In this document: piece by piece, positions 42,137 to 51,594 of the stretch | How positions within the stretch are numbered: position 1 is the stretch's first letter | Layout of the letters: each line of letters starts with the position of its first letter | Virus record (IMG/VR): IMGVR_UViG_3300045988_077100 | Coordinates: 1-64,000 of that record | Reading direction: 5' to 3' (one strand) | DNA length: 64,000 nucleotides | DNA from: a virus | Notes under the pieces: model-generated | What the model saw: the letters and a program-made list of their open reading frames with translations, nothing else | What the model was told of the DNA's origin: nothing | Database searches by the model: none | Program-made: the position numbers and the translations under genes

Positions 42137-42925
42137 ATGGCAAAAGAGAAACGGACGGCCGCAGATGTGGCGGCGGGGATTGAAGCCCAGGAGCTGGAAG
42201 CAGCCGACCAGCCCTTGCGGGAACAGGCAAAGGCTGCGCCCGTGGCAGAGCAGAAAGCGCCTGCGGCGGAGAAGGAACCCGAAAAGCTCTATACAGCCGA
42301 TGAGGTAGCGGAGATCGCCAAACAGGCGGCGGCGGAGGCCGTTGCAAAGGCCATGGCGGAGGTCAAACCCCAAGTGGTGCAGGTGATGGCAGACACTGAA
42401 AAGGTGACGCTCCGCTGGTGCGCCCCGGTGGCGGACGATAATCTGGCTGTATTTGGCCCCAACGGGATGTACGGCACCGTGACCGGGAAGAACGGCACCG
42501 TGATGGTGCCCAAGAGCGAGTGGAGCCGATTCTATGATGAGACGGCAAGACGGCTCATTGAGCGGCGCTGGCTGGTGGTGCTCTCCGGGATGACCGATGC
42601 GGAACGGGCGGTGTATCACTGCGCGTACCGCAAGGGCGAGGTACTGGACGAGACGGCCTTCCGCTGCGCCGTGACCATGGGGGACAAGCTGCTGGACATC
42701 TTCGACGATCTCTGCACGGAGCATCAGGAGATGGTGGCCAAGGCTTACTATGACGCATGGGAGCGAGGCGAGGTCAGCGCTGACAGCCGGGAGCTGCTGA
42801 AGAAGCTGAATGCGAAGAACAAGGCCCGGTATGCCGAAGAACCCAAGGAGGACCCCCGGCGGAAGGGAATGTTCCGCCCGGTGCTGGACGCGCTGAACAG
42901 CGCGGAGGCAGCGGAAGAGGACTAA
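42137..42925 (+). CDS. hypothetical protein (262 aa)
   Basis: Ala/Glu/Lys-rich N-terminus. ORF track entry. Confidence 0.5.
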   Translation: MAKEKRTAADVAAGIEAQELEAADQPLREQAKAAPVAEQKAPAAEKEPEKLYTADEVAEIAKQAAAEAVAKAMAEVKPQVVQVMADTEKVTLRWCAPVADDNLAVFGPNGMYGTVTGKNGTVMVPKSEWSRFYDETARRLIERRWLVVLSGMTDAERAVYHCAYRKGEVLDETAFRCAVTMGDKLLDIFDDLCTEHQEMVAKAYYDAWERGEVSADSRELLKKLNAKNKARYAEEPKEDPRRKGMFRPVLDALNSAEAAEED

Positions 42926-42946
42926 AGGCAAAAGGAGGAATTAGAC

Positions 42947-43213
42947 ATGGATATTTCCGGATTTGGCATTGCCAGCGTGGCGGTAATCACGGTGATCTGC
43001 TACCTAATCGGCATGGCTGTGAAGGCCACCGCCATTGAGAACAAGTGGATTCCCATTATTGTGGGCGTATCCGGCGGCGTTCTGGGCGTGGTGGGGATGC
43101 TGATTATGGCAGACTTCCCCGCAACGGACTATCTCACCGCCGTGGCAGTGGGCATTGTAAGCGGTCTGGCCAGCACCGGCGTGAATCAGATCGCGAAACA
43201 GATGAGTAATTAA
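42947..43213 (+). CDS. holin-like membrane protein
   Basis: 88 aa with three hydrophobic segments (IASVAVITVICYLIGMAV; WIPIIVGVSGGVLGVVGMLI; LTAVAVGIVSGLAS) and a polar C-terminus. Confidence 0.65.
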   Translation: MDISGFGIASVAVITVICYLIGMAVKATAIENKWIPIIVGVSGGVLGVVGMLIMADFPATDYLTAVAVGIVSGLASTGVNQIAKQMSN

Positions 43214-43465
43214 AATTGCGCTCCCCGCAGGGGGACATTCCCGTGTCATGGACGTGGGGCGCATTCTTTTCTGGAAAAGAACCCGCCCCACACCCCGGAA
43301 GAAAAGCACCAGGGCGTTCCGACTTCGCCCTGGACCCCCAACGGCACAAAGGGCGAGGGCTGCGGCCCTCTCCCTTTGGAAACCCTCTCCCATAGGACGG
43401 GGCGAGGACAAGGGGGACATAGATAGGATCAACAACCATTTTTTAATTTGAAAGGAGAACAAATC

Positions 43466-43804
43466 ATGAAAAAGAAGTTTGCGGACATTATCAACGAGGG
43501 CAAGAAGAACGGCAAGAAGCTCAGTGAGATCAACGCCGAGCTGAAGGCAGCGGGGGCAACCTTCCATCTGGACTACACCATGACGCCGGATGGCCCCCAG
43601 ACCGGCTGGTCTGAACAGGAGATGAAGGAGGGCTTCATGCCTGCGGAGAAGGAGCCGGAGGATGTGAAGCACCTCCATGACTATATGCGGTTTAACCCCG
43701 CCAAGGCCAACACCGAGGAAGAGGTCTGGGTACCCGAGGGCCATTACCGCATCACCTTCGACGAGGACGGCCACCCCACCAAGGCCGTACGGATCAATGG
43801 TTGA
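43466..43804 (+). CDS. hypothetical protein (112 aa)
   Basis: Start at MKKKFADIINEG with AAAGGAG RBS. Confidence 0.5.
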   Translation: MKKKFADIINEGKKNGKKLSEINAELKAAGATFHLDYTMTPDGPQTGWSEQEMKEGFMPAEKEPEDVKHLHDYMRFNPAKANTEEEVWVPEGHYRITFDEDGHPTKAVRING

Positions 43805-44492
43805 CACGTTTGACTGCGCCCGTGCGCAGGTCTACCACAACACCGCCAAACTGTCCCCCGCCCAGATCAAGCTGAAAACTGGCTGCACCCACATCATCAA
43901 CGGATACCTATTTAATAGTAGGTATCAGCCGGTGGGCTGGACGGTGATCGACGGAAAGATCATCAGCCGGGACGCGTATCAGGATTGGGGCATTTCCATC
44001 GGTTCTGATGGAAAGCCCCAAATGCTGACGGACCGGGGCGGCAGTTTTCTTTCCGGGGTGCCTCTTTTGAAAAATGGGGCGAAGCTGGAGCGAAGCCTGA
44101 CGCCGGATGTGGCCCGCCCCGCAGCCCGTACGGCTGTGGGCTGGATGCCGGATGGGCGAATCTGCCTGTGGTGCGACAAGGCCAGCCTGACCCGTGAGCA
44201 GTTGCAGAACAAACTGCTGGGTCTGGGCGTGGTGGACGCCCTGATGCTGGACGGCGGCGGGTCTACGCAGGGCATTTTCCCCAAGGGGAAGGTGACCAGC
44301 AGCCGCAAGGTGCCTACCATGCTGCTATTCTGGGAGCGGAGGGCGACCACCGCAAACCCTACCCCGGCCCCAACCAAGCCGGAGGACCCGGCGCTGGCAT
44401 GGGGCAAGGCCAAGGGGCTGTTGACGGACAGCAATGCGGGGGAGACAGTGACACGGGCAGAGATGGTTCGTGCATTATACAAAATGAGGTGA
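43797..44492 (+). CDS. phosphodiester glycosidase (DUF2233/NAGPA-like) family protein
   Basis: ...INGYLFN...GWTVIDGKIIS...ARTAVGWMPDGRICLWCDKA.LTREQL...LGVVDALMLDGGGSTQ pattern. Confidence 0.6.
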   Translation: MVDTFDCARAQVYHNTAKLSPAQIKLKTGCTHIINGYLFNSRYQPVGWTVIDGKIISRDAYQDWGISIGSDGKPQMLTDRGGSFLSGVPLLKNGAKLERSLTPDVARPAARTAVGWMPDGRICLWCDKASLTREQLQNKLLGLGVVDALMLDGGGSTQGIFPKGKVTSSRKVPTMLLFWERRATTANPTPAPTKPEDPALAWGKAKGLLTDSNAGETVTRAEMVRALYKMR

Positions 44493-44893
44493 TGAGCATG
44501 GTTGGGATCAACGGATACTCCAAGGCCAAGGACGGAAACAAGCGTCTTTCCGCCCACTTCAAGGTCAAGGAGTTTGCCTGCAGGGACGGCAGCGACGCCG
44601 TTTTGGTGGCTCCCCGTTTGGTAATGGTGCTGGAATCCATCCGCACTTATTTCGGTTCCGCTGTGGTGATCAACAGTGGCTACCGGACTCCCCAGTACAA
44701 CGCCAAGGTGGGCGGCGTGACGGAAAGCCAGCACTGCTACGGCACGGCAGCTGATATTTCCGTGGAAGGACAGAAGCCGGAACAGGTGGCGGCCTATGCC
44801 AGACAGCTGATGCCTGACTGGGGCGGCGTGGGGGTTTATGACAGCTTTTGTCATATCGACGTGAGAGAGACCAAGGCTGACTGGACCGGCTGA
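44492..44893 (+). CDS. peptidase M15A-type (D-Ala-D-Ala carboxypeptidase-like) cell-wall hydrolase, putative endolysin
   Basis: LSAHFKVKEFACRDGS...INSGYRTPQYNAKVGG.TESQHCYGTAADISV...FCHIDVR contains the H..D..H zinc motif of M15A. Confidence 0.75.
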   Translation: MSMVGINGYSKAKDGNKRLSAHFKVKEFACRDGSDAVLVAPRLVMVLESIRTYFGSAVVINSGYRTPQYNAKVGGVTESQHCYGTAADISVEGQKPEQVAAYARQLMPDWGGVGVYDSFCHIDVRETKADWTG

Positions 44894-45027
44894 GAAAACA
44901 CAAGCAAAAAGCCCCATGCCACTGGGAATGCGGCGGCATGGGGCAATATTAAAACAGAACATGACCGTTCCGAAAAAACAGGGCGGGACGGAAAACATAT
45001 AAAACAGGCCAAAAAGGAGGGACGGCT

Positions 45028-45741
45028 ATGGGAACGAGTTGGAGCGAGATCATTTCGGACCATGCCATGGTTTTTATTGATGACGTGAGACTGACGGATC
45101 AGGCGGCGGAAAGCCCTGCGCGGTTCCTCCGGCGGATGAGCCTGTACATGAAAAACGCGATCCCGGTATTCAACCGTCCCCCTGAGATGGTGGATTACCT
45201 AAAGGAGGGGCTGACGGAACCCGCCTACGGGGACAGCGCATGGATCTCCACGGAGGAAAGCCTGACGGCGGAGACCAAGGTGGAAACGGGGATGACCGGC
45301 TACGAATTATTCTCCTGCGCACAGCGGGCAGAGCAGCCGGACGGGTCCGTGCTCTTAGTACCGTATGGAGAGGCGGTATATGACCCGGAGACCGGGACCG
45401 TGACCTTTCCTCCCCAGATGGACGCGGGATTACAGTACGAAATGGACTTTTACACCGACGGGGCCTTTGCCCATGACCTGACGGCGGAGCAAAAACGGCT
45501 GTTGGGATTGTGCGTAGCCTCCGTATGGGACGAGCGGTTTTTCCGCAACTGGCTCGGCGACGCGCCCAAGGATCATGACCGGAGTTTTAACCCGCCTAAC
45601 GAACCGCAGTACATGGAAAAGGGCAGCAAGAAGAAATTGCAAAACCGGGGGCTTCTGAACGAGGAATTGCGGAAGTATGAGCAGGACTGCATATACGCCA
45701 CGGCGTTCCGCCGGTCGGCACGGCAGATGGAGCTGATCTGA
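45028..45741 (+). CDS. head-tail joining module protein (position-based)
   Basis: 237 aa, AAGGAGG RBS. Confidence 0.4.
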   Translation: MGTSWSEIISDHAMVFIDDVRLTDQAAESPARFLRRMSLYMKNAIPVFNRPPEMVDYLKEGLTEPAYGDSAWISTEESLTAETKVETGMTGYELFSCAQRAEQPDGSVLLVPYGEAVYDPETGTVTFPPQMDAGLQYEMDFYTDGAFAHDLTAEQKRLLGLCVASVWDERFFRNWLGDAPKDHDRSFNPPNEPQYMEKGSKKKLQNRGLLNEELRKYEQDCIYATAFRRSARQMELI

Positions 45742-45755
45742 AAGGAGGGGACCAC

Positions 45756-47078
45756 ATGGCGGACGCCAAGCACGGCATGAAAAACATTGGACTTTTGGGC
45801 GGCGGGAACGGCAGGGCGACCAACGCTCCGGCTCAATACCGGGACCGGAATCGGCAGTATTTTGCGGATGCCACGGCCCGGTTTGTGGAGGAAATGGCTC
45901 CTTACGCCACGGACTTTGTGACGGCCCGGATGCAGGGCTTGGTTCCCGGAGACTTCTACCGGTGGAGCACGAAGCGCATCCGACTCTCCGACACCACCAA
46001 GCAGGGCGTCAGCCTTACCCGGAAAACCGATGATCAGAAGGCATTTCTGGTGGCGGACGCCGGGGTGGACTACATCCCGGAGGGAGCCAAGGTGGAGACC
46101 ATGGGTTCCTACTGGCTGGTAACGAACCCTTCTAATCTATCCAGCGCCACGGGGAACGGCATCATGCGGCGGTGCAACGCCGTATGGCGGTTTCTGGACT
46201 GGTACGGCAACATCCGAGAAGAACCGATCCTTGTGGAAAAGTCGCTGGCGCAGGCCACAGCCAACGATTTTCAGGAAATGACCCTCATCATGCAGGGATA
46301 TTTCAACATCATCTGCCAGCGGAACGCCAACACGGAGCAGCTGGACCAGAACAGCCGCCTGATCTTAGGGCGGCGGGCCTACCAGATCACGGGCTACTCC
46401 GACGTGACGCAGGAGTTTACCGGGGACGATGAGAGCACACACCTGCTGTATTTCAACGCCAGAATGCAGGAGCCGAACCACGAGATCGACGATCTGGAAG
46501 CGAAGGTGGCAGGGGGGAAGAACTTCTCCTGGGCGGTATTCGTCACCGGGGCGCCCCGCATGACGGCGGGGGACGCCTTCCAATTCACCGCTGCTTCCCA
46601 GCGGAACGGGGCCGAGGTGGAGAACACGGAGGAACACCCCATCGGCTATGTATGGTGTTCCAGCGACACCAACGTGGCCACGGTGGACAGCAAAGGCGTG
46701 GTAACAGCGGTAGGCGAGGGCACCTGCCAAATCACGGCGGTGCTGGACCAAAACCGGACCTACGGCGGGACCTTCGCCGTGACGGTGGAGGCATCGGCGG
46801 CAAAAACACCGGCGGTACGGTTTTTGAATGAAGTTCCCAAGTACATGGCCCCCTACGATGTGGAGACCTTGGAGGCGGCGCTGTTTATCGGCGGCGTTCG
46901 ACAGGACACGGCGGTGGAGTGGACCTATGAGGGAGCCGCAGAGGGTTCTTACAGCGTGAGTGTCAATGGGAACCGGTTGACAGTAAGGTGCTGGGGGAAC
47001 AGCCCAAAACCGCTGACGGTAACGGCCAGATGCGAGGGCGAGAGCGTCAGCGCGGAGATCGAATTGGAGGGCTTGTGA
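45756..47078 (+). CDS. structural protein with C-terminal Ig-like (Big_2-type) domains
   Basis: YVWCSSDTNVATVDSKGVVTAVGEGTCQITAV is a Big_2 pattern, followed by a second Ig-like repeat. Confidence 0.55.
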   Translation: MADAKHGMKNIGLLGGGNGRATNAPAQYRDRNRQYFADATARFVEEMAPYATDFVTARMQGLVPGDFYRWSTKRIRLSDTTKQGVSLTRKTDDQKAFLVADAGVDYIPEGAKVETMGSYWLVTNPSNLSSATGNGIMRRCNAVWRFLDWYGNIREEPILVEKSLAQATANDFQEMTLIMQGYFNIICQRNANTEQLDQNSRLILGRRAYQITGYSDVTQEFTGDDESTHLLYFNARMQEPNHEIDDLEAKVAGGKNFSWAVFVTGAPRMTAGDAFQFTAASQRNGAEVENTEEHPIGYVWCSSDTNVATVDSKGVVTAVGEGTCQITAVLDQNRTYGGTFAVTVEASAAKTPAVRFLNEVPKYMAPYDVETLEAALFIGGVRQDTAVEWTYEGAAEGSYSVSVNGNRLTVRCWGNSPKPLTVTARCEGESVSAEIELEGL

Positions 47079-47079
47079 G

Positions 47080-47274
47080 ATGGCAGAGAAGTGTCCATAC
47101 GCTTACAAGCGGCCCGGAACGGTGAGTTTGCTGTGCGAGAAGCAGCCGGGGCAGAAATTCCCCATCTGCGGGCACCAGCATTTGTGCGGCGTGACCGGGC
47201 AATGGGAGAACACACCGCAGGCGGCCTTGTGTCCCCTGCGAGGAAGCAACTGTGAGAAATTCCAAAAAATCTGA
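47080..47274 (+). CDS. Cys-rich small protein (64 aa)
   Basis: ORF track entry, 8 Cys residues. Confidence 0.45.
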   Translation: MAEKCPYAYKRPGTVSLLCEKQPGQKFPICGHQHLCGVTGQWENTPQAALCPLRGSNCEKFQKI

Positions 47275-47288
47275 AAGGAATGACGTAT

Positions 47289-47852
47289 ATGGAATGGAAA
47301 AAGCTGACGGAGGAAGGGCTGCTGGCAGCCAGAGACTATGTACCCCTGATGGAAAAGGCGGCGTTTGCGGCGGAGTGCGCCGGACGGTGCTTTGACCGGA
47401 TGGAAGTCCGGGTGGAGGGAGGACAGGTACTCCCCTACTTCAAGGAGAACGTGGAGCGGCGGAGCCGGTATCTCATGGGCGGCTTTGTAAAGCTGTATCT
47501 GGGAGAGGACTTTGAGCCGGTGGAGGGGGAAACCTACCTCATGTCCGCCGACGACTACGACCGCTGGGCCGGAGGTCACATCTTCAACCAGATCGACCGC
47601 ATGAAGGGAAAGGGGCCGAACCTCCGGGACAAAGCCTTTGACCTGCTGGCGGACTACCGCGATCTGGAAAAGATGCTGAAAACGGAGATTTATGGGATGC
47701 TGCAAGCCATGAACGATCCCGTGAGCCGGTTTCAGGATCTTGCGGCGCAGAGCATGACGCCGGAGGCGGTGCAAAAGACGCTGGACGATCTGAAGGAGGC
47801 CCGGAGCGCCTTTGACGCGGCCTTTCAGCAGCGGAAGGACGGCGCACAATGA
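47289..47852 (+). CDS. hypothetical structural-module protein
   Basis: ATG at 47289 has AAAGGA at a proper distance. The track start 47280 abuts the RBS. Confidence 0.45.
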   Translation: MEWKKLTEEGLLAARDYVPLMEKAAFAAECAGRCFDRMEVRVEGGQVLPYFKENVERRSRYLMGGFVKLYLGEDFEPVEGETYLMSADDYDRWAGGHIFNQIDRMKGKGPNLRDKAFDLLADYRDLEKMLKTEIYGMLQAMNDPVSRFQDLAAQSMTPEAVQKTLDDLKEARSAFDAAFQQRKDGAQ

Positions 47853-48553
47853 ACCCGGCCTTCCACAGCCCCACTTATCCATTTGAGAGAGTCCAAAGCG
47901 GGTTTCTGACCTTCCGTGGGGCGGAGGAGATCCCCCACAAGCTATTGACCTATCTGATGGATCTGCCGCTGCCGGACGGCTACGAGCCGGTGGATGACAA
48001 CACCCGCCCCCGTGTCCGGCTGATGAAATATCTATGGCATGACGGGGCCAAGCCGCTGGGAGAGCGGCTGCCCACGGCCAAGGAGAAGCAGAGCCTTCTT
48101 TTTGACGGGAATGAGCCTGTGGTAGACAGCAACACCCAGCGCCGCAAGCACCCGAAAGGGTATCGCCTTTACGCACAGAAGTTCTGGGGAGAAGCCCAGA
48201 CGGAGGCGAAAAGCACGATTAAATGTTATTTGGGCCGCATTTTTTCACAGACGTCCTTTGACGCGCGGATCGGGATCACGTTTGTGATCTCCTGCAACGT
48301 GAACCAAGAGACTACCACTAAAACGGAGGCATACGCCCGCTCCTACGATATGGAGCAGTGCATCATCGAGGCACTGAACGGGGTGAATCTGGCGGGGATC
48401 GGCGTGTGCGATTTCTCCCGTGCCGCACACGCGGACAACGGAAGCCGACCGGTATATGACCAGACGGGCACGGTGGTGGGCCGGGAACTGAAAATGAGCA
48501 TACATTGGGCGGAAAGCGAAGCCGCCATGGGGGATACCATTGAGGACTACTAA
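47849..48553 (+). CDS. hypothetical structural-module protein (234 aa)
   Basis: ATGA-coupled start. Confidence 0.5.
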   Translation: MNPAFHSPTYPFERVQSGFLTFRGAEEIPHKLLTYLMDLPLPDGYEPVDDNTRPRVRLMKYLWHDGAKPLGERLPTAKEKQSLLFDGNEPVVDSNTQRRKHPKGYRLYAQKFWGEAQTEAKSTIKCYLGRIFSQTSFDARIGITFVISCNVNQETTTKTEAYARSYDMEQCIIEALNGVNLAGIGVCDFSRAAHADNGSRPVYDQTGTVVGRELKMSIHWAESEAAMGDTIEDY

Positions 48554-48577
48554 ATTCACAACGGGAGGACAGCCACC

Positions 48578-48880
48578 ATGACCATGGAAGAAGCAGCCGT
48601 AAAGATAGAGGGGCATGAGCACGAGATCAAGTCCCTGAAACACCGCATGGAAGAGGTGGAGCGGGATCAGCAGGCGCTGATCAAGCTGACTGCCAGTGTA
48701 GAGGTAATGGCGACCAAGCAGGAAGAAATGGGGACCAAGGTGAGCCGGATCGATGAAAAGATGACGGAGATGGAAGGGAAGTCCGCCAAACGGTGGGACA
48801 GTCTCGTGGACAAGGTGATCTGGCTGATCGCCGGGGCCTGTATTGCGGCGCTGTTTGCCAGCGCGGGCATTGCCATTTGA
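48578..48880 (+). CDS. coiled-coil protein with C-terminal TM anchor (XhlA-like architecture)
   Basis: About 70 aa of heptad-like sequence, then VIWLIAGACIAALFASAGIAI. Confidence 0.4.
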   Translation: MTMEEAAVKIEGHEHEIKSLKHRMEEVERDQQALIKLTASVEVMATKQEEMGTKVSRIDEKMTEMEGKSAKRWDSLVDKVIWLIAGACIAALFASAGIAI

Positions 48881-48911
48881 TTTCAGATATTGGAGAGGAT
48901 GAATTAAAAGA

Positions 48912-49712
48912 ATGGAACTCTCACGGAATATCAAGCGGGCGGCGGACCGCTACGAACCCGTAGAAACCGCCGGACTGACCCTATGGCCCATCCGGGTATG
49001 TGAGCAGGAGGAATTTGAGCGGGCGAGACCCGCCATTGACGTGATTCAGCAGGCGCTCCCTGTGCGCTATGCGGTCATGCCTCTGCTGACAGCCTATTGG
49101 GTCATGGATCTGGAAAGCATGGAGCGGGGGGAGGAACCGGTGGGCCTTTTCAACCGGGCGCTGGCGTTTTTGGCGCTGGCGCTGCGGCTGGGGGAGGGTC
49201 GGAGCCTTTCGGACCGCATCCGCCTGTTTCATGTGAAACTTTCTCCTGAAAATACAATGGATTTAAAGGGGATATGCTTTACATGGAACGGTGAGGAAGA
49301 AATCACCATTACCCCGGTACAATTCCAGCGGCTCAGGGCTATTCTGGCCTATCAGAACGGCATTGAGCTGACGGATGAGGACGCCAACCCAGACCTGTTG
49401 GAAGCGGAGGCGGAGCTGGCCCGGAGAAACGGGCCGAAGCTGCGCCGGGACCCGGCCGGTCTGCTTTCCTCCATCGCCCTGTTTACGGGCTGTGAGGAAA
49501 CAGAGATGGACGAATGGCCCCTGCTGAAGCTGAAACGGCGTCAGGAAGCCATCCAGCGGGCGGCGGATTATCTGATCTGCGGCATTTCGGAGGGCAACGG
49601 CGTGAAGTGGAAGGGCGGGAACCCTGTACCCCACCTTTTCTATGACCGGGAGCGGGAGGACGCGGGGGCCATGACCCCGCTGAGTCAATTTACCAACAAT
49701 ACGGAACATTAA
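48912..49712 (+). CDS. hypothetical structural-module protein (266 aa)
   Basis: ORF track entry. Confidence 0.5.
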   Translation: MELSRNIKRAADRYEPVETAGLTLWPIRVCEQEEFERARPAIDVIQQALPVRYAVMPLLTAYWVMDLESMERGEEPVGLFNRALAFLALALRLGEGRSLSDRIRLFHVKLSPENTMDLKGICFTWNGEEEITITPVQFQRLRAILAYQNGIELTDEDANPDLLEAEAELARRNGPKLRRDPAGLLSSIALFTGCEETEMDEWPLLKLKRRQEAIQRAADYLICGISEGNGVKWKGGNPVPHLFYDREREDAGAMTPLSQFTNNTEH

Positions 49713-49729
49713 AAGGAGTGTGAACAGAC

Positions 49730-50857
49730 ATGATCACTTTTACCGACAAGAGACTGTACGCCAAGGGCATTTGCACGGCGCAGCTTCAGGACCCCTCCAC
49801 CGGGGAGATTCTGAGCCAGAGCGACAAGTTTTCCACCGGCAACATTCAGTTCTCCGCCAACACCGACCCCCTGCGGGCGGGCCTTGGCAACGGCATCGCC
49901 ACCATCATCGCCAGCGACAGCGACACGCAGGTGAACTTCACCCGCGCGGACTTCGACCTGATGACCAAGATGATGGCTGTGGGCGGCGCCGTGAACTACA
50001 ACGCCGTTTCCCCCGTCTGCCAGACGGTGGAGGCCACGGGTACTTCCTTGAAGGCCGACGTGAGCAAGCTGGTGCCGGTGGCCCAGTACGGCTATTCCAA
50101 CATTTTCTGCTACGTGCAGGAGGTGGGTGCTGCGTCCTCCTACGCTGTGGGCGGCGTCCCCTATCCCATTGACCCCGCCACCGGCGCCATTACCGGCTTC
50201 ACCGCTGAGAACGGCAAGAGCTACAAGGTGTGGTACTTCGCCAAGAAGCCCGCGGCCCAGGTGGGCATTGTGAACGGTGCTTTCAATGGCCGCATCGTCC
50301 ACTTCACCGCTCAGATCGCCGTGTATCAGAACGTGTCCGGCAAGAATAAGGGCACCCGTTGGGGGTGGGGCTATTTGATCGTGCCCCGCCTGTATCTGAA
50401 CCCCGAAGGGGCCAACACCACCGGTGACCAGACCAACTACGACACCACCACCATCACCGGGCGCGCCATCAACGAGGACGCCGATGTGATCTCCGCTGAG
50501 TGCGACGCCTGCGGCGGCATGGGCACCGTGGCCTACATGGTGCTGGTGCCTGACGAGGAAAGCGACGAGGTGGCGGGGCTGGCCGTGATCGGCGGCGTGG
50601 TGAGCGTGGCTGCCAGTGGCACTGCCCCCGTGAATGCCAAGTTGGTCATGAAAAACGGCGAACTGGTGACGCCCTCTCCCGCAAGCCTGCTGAAGTACAC
50701 CGTGACCGCCGGGACTGCTACCGGGACCACGGTCTCCAAGGACGGCATTGTGACCGCCGGGAGCACGCAGGGCACCGGGAGCATCGCCATCCAGTATCCC
50801 GCCGAGGGAGCCGCCAAGTACACCGCGCAGGCGGTTCTGGAAGTCACCGCCGAGTAA
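49730..50857 (+). CDS. major tail protein with C-terminal Ig-like domain (position-based)
   Basis: 375 aa. Precedes the chaperone-like gene and the tape measure gene. The C-terminal part is Ig-like. Confidence 0.55.
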   Translation: MITFTDKRLYAKGICTAQLQDPSTGEILSQSDKFSTGNIQFSANTDPLRAGLGNGIATIIASDSDTQVNFTRADFDLMTKMMAVGGAVNYNAVSPVCQTVEATGTSLKADVSKLVPVAQYGYSNIFCYVQEVGAASSYAVGGVPYPIDPATGAITGFTAENGKSYKVWYFAKKPAAQVGIVNGAFNGRIVHFTAQIAVYQNVSGKNKGTRWGWGYLIVPRLYLNPEGANTTGDQTNYDTTTITGRAINEDADVISAECDACGGMGTVAYMVLVPDEESDEVAGLAVIGGVVSVAASGTAPVNAKLVMKNGELVTPSPASLLKYTVTAGTATGTTVSKDGIVTAGSTQGTGSIAIQYPAEGAAKYTAQAVLEVTAE

Positions 50858-50875
50858 GGGACACACCAAAAACGC

Positions 50876-50951
50876 CTTATCCTAAGCGTTGGATAGGATG
50901 AGCCGAGCGGGGCTGACTGCCGGGGAAACCCGGTGGTCGGCTCCGCTTTTT
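50876..50951 (+). ncRNA. conserved two-hairpin element, copy C
   Basis: HP1 CTTATCC-TAAGCGTT-GGATAGG. Spacer ATGAGCCG. A 19-bp hairpin with GAAA loop, then TTTTT. Confidence 0.55.
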
Positions 50952-51050
50952 GTTCCCCGGCGGACGGGAGAGCATGAGGATCTCATGCTTTGGCGTATGC
51001 TTGGGATCATTTTCGTGAGGTCACGAAAATGGACGGAAAGGAGCGGGGAT

Positions 51051-51572
51051 ATGAGCGGGAGCGCATCTGCCAGGATCACAGGGCTGGACGAGGACATGGC
51101 GGCACTGGAACAGCGGTTCAAGGCGGCGCTGGCGGGGGCCATGCCCACGCTGCGGGAGGATTTGTCCCAATGCCTTTTCGAGCACGTGCAGGGCGACGTA
51201 TACGAGAAGTTCGACCCGAAGGAATATATCCGGCGGGGAGAATACGGCGGCTTGGCCGACATCGACGGCAACACGGAGTTTGCGGTGACAGAGGACAGCG
51301 TTTCCATGGACTACCAGCCCAGCGGCGAGAGCGAGCAGGTGGAAAACCCGCTGAACGGGGACGCACTGATCGGGCGCATTGAGCATCTGGACCCGCCCTA
51401 TGACTGGACCCGGAGGCCACCGGCCAGACCGTTTTTTGAGAATTTTGTCACGGAGCTGGTAGAAGGCGGACGGGCGGAGGAAACGCTGGTACGGGCCATG
51501 AACCAACAGGACGCAGAATTACAGATCGAAGCCAACGGCTACACGGGCCGGGAGGGTGACGAAGGATATTGA
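51051..51572 (+). CDS. tail assembly chaperone-like protein (position-based)
   Basis: Start at MSGSASARITG with AAAGGAG RBS. The track start 50889 would run through the RNA element. Confidence 0.45.
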   Translation: MSGSASARITGLDEDMAALEQRFKAALAGAMPTLREDLSQCLFEHVQGDVYEKFDPKEYIRRGEYGGLADIDGNTEFAVTEDSVSMDYQPSGESEQVENPLNGDALIGRIEHLDPPYDWTRRPPARPFFENFVTELVEGGRAEETLVRAMNQQDAELQIEANGYTGREGDEGY

Positions 51573-51594
51573 AGTAAAGGCAGGGCGGTGAAGC

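Noticed and set aside
40535-42931. 798-aa minus-strand ORF, plus similar long antisense ORFs at 39345-40784, 49709-50869, 20974-22068, 6248-7846 (+), 32277-33140 and 33147-34070
   Set aside because: These are shadow ORFs typical of GC-rich DNA. They lie antisense to genes with strong RBSs and recognisable products. They are rich in Gly/Arg/His/Pro and have no RBS or operon logic.
50889-51050. Track start at 50889 for the chaperone-like gene
   Set aside because: That start has no RBS and would translate through the conserved hairpin/terminator element. The ATG at 51051 has an AAAGGAG RBS.
51429-51440. CCG TTT TTT GAG as a -1 slippery site for a G/GT-type tail-chaperone frameshift
   Set aside because: The heptamer is imperfect (G TTT TTT). 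The -1 frame also hits a stop after about 9 codons, so no extended product is possible.
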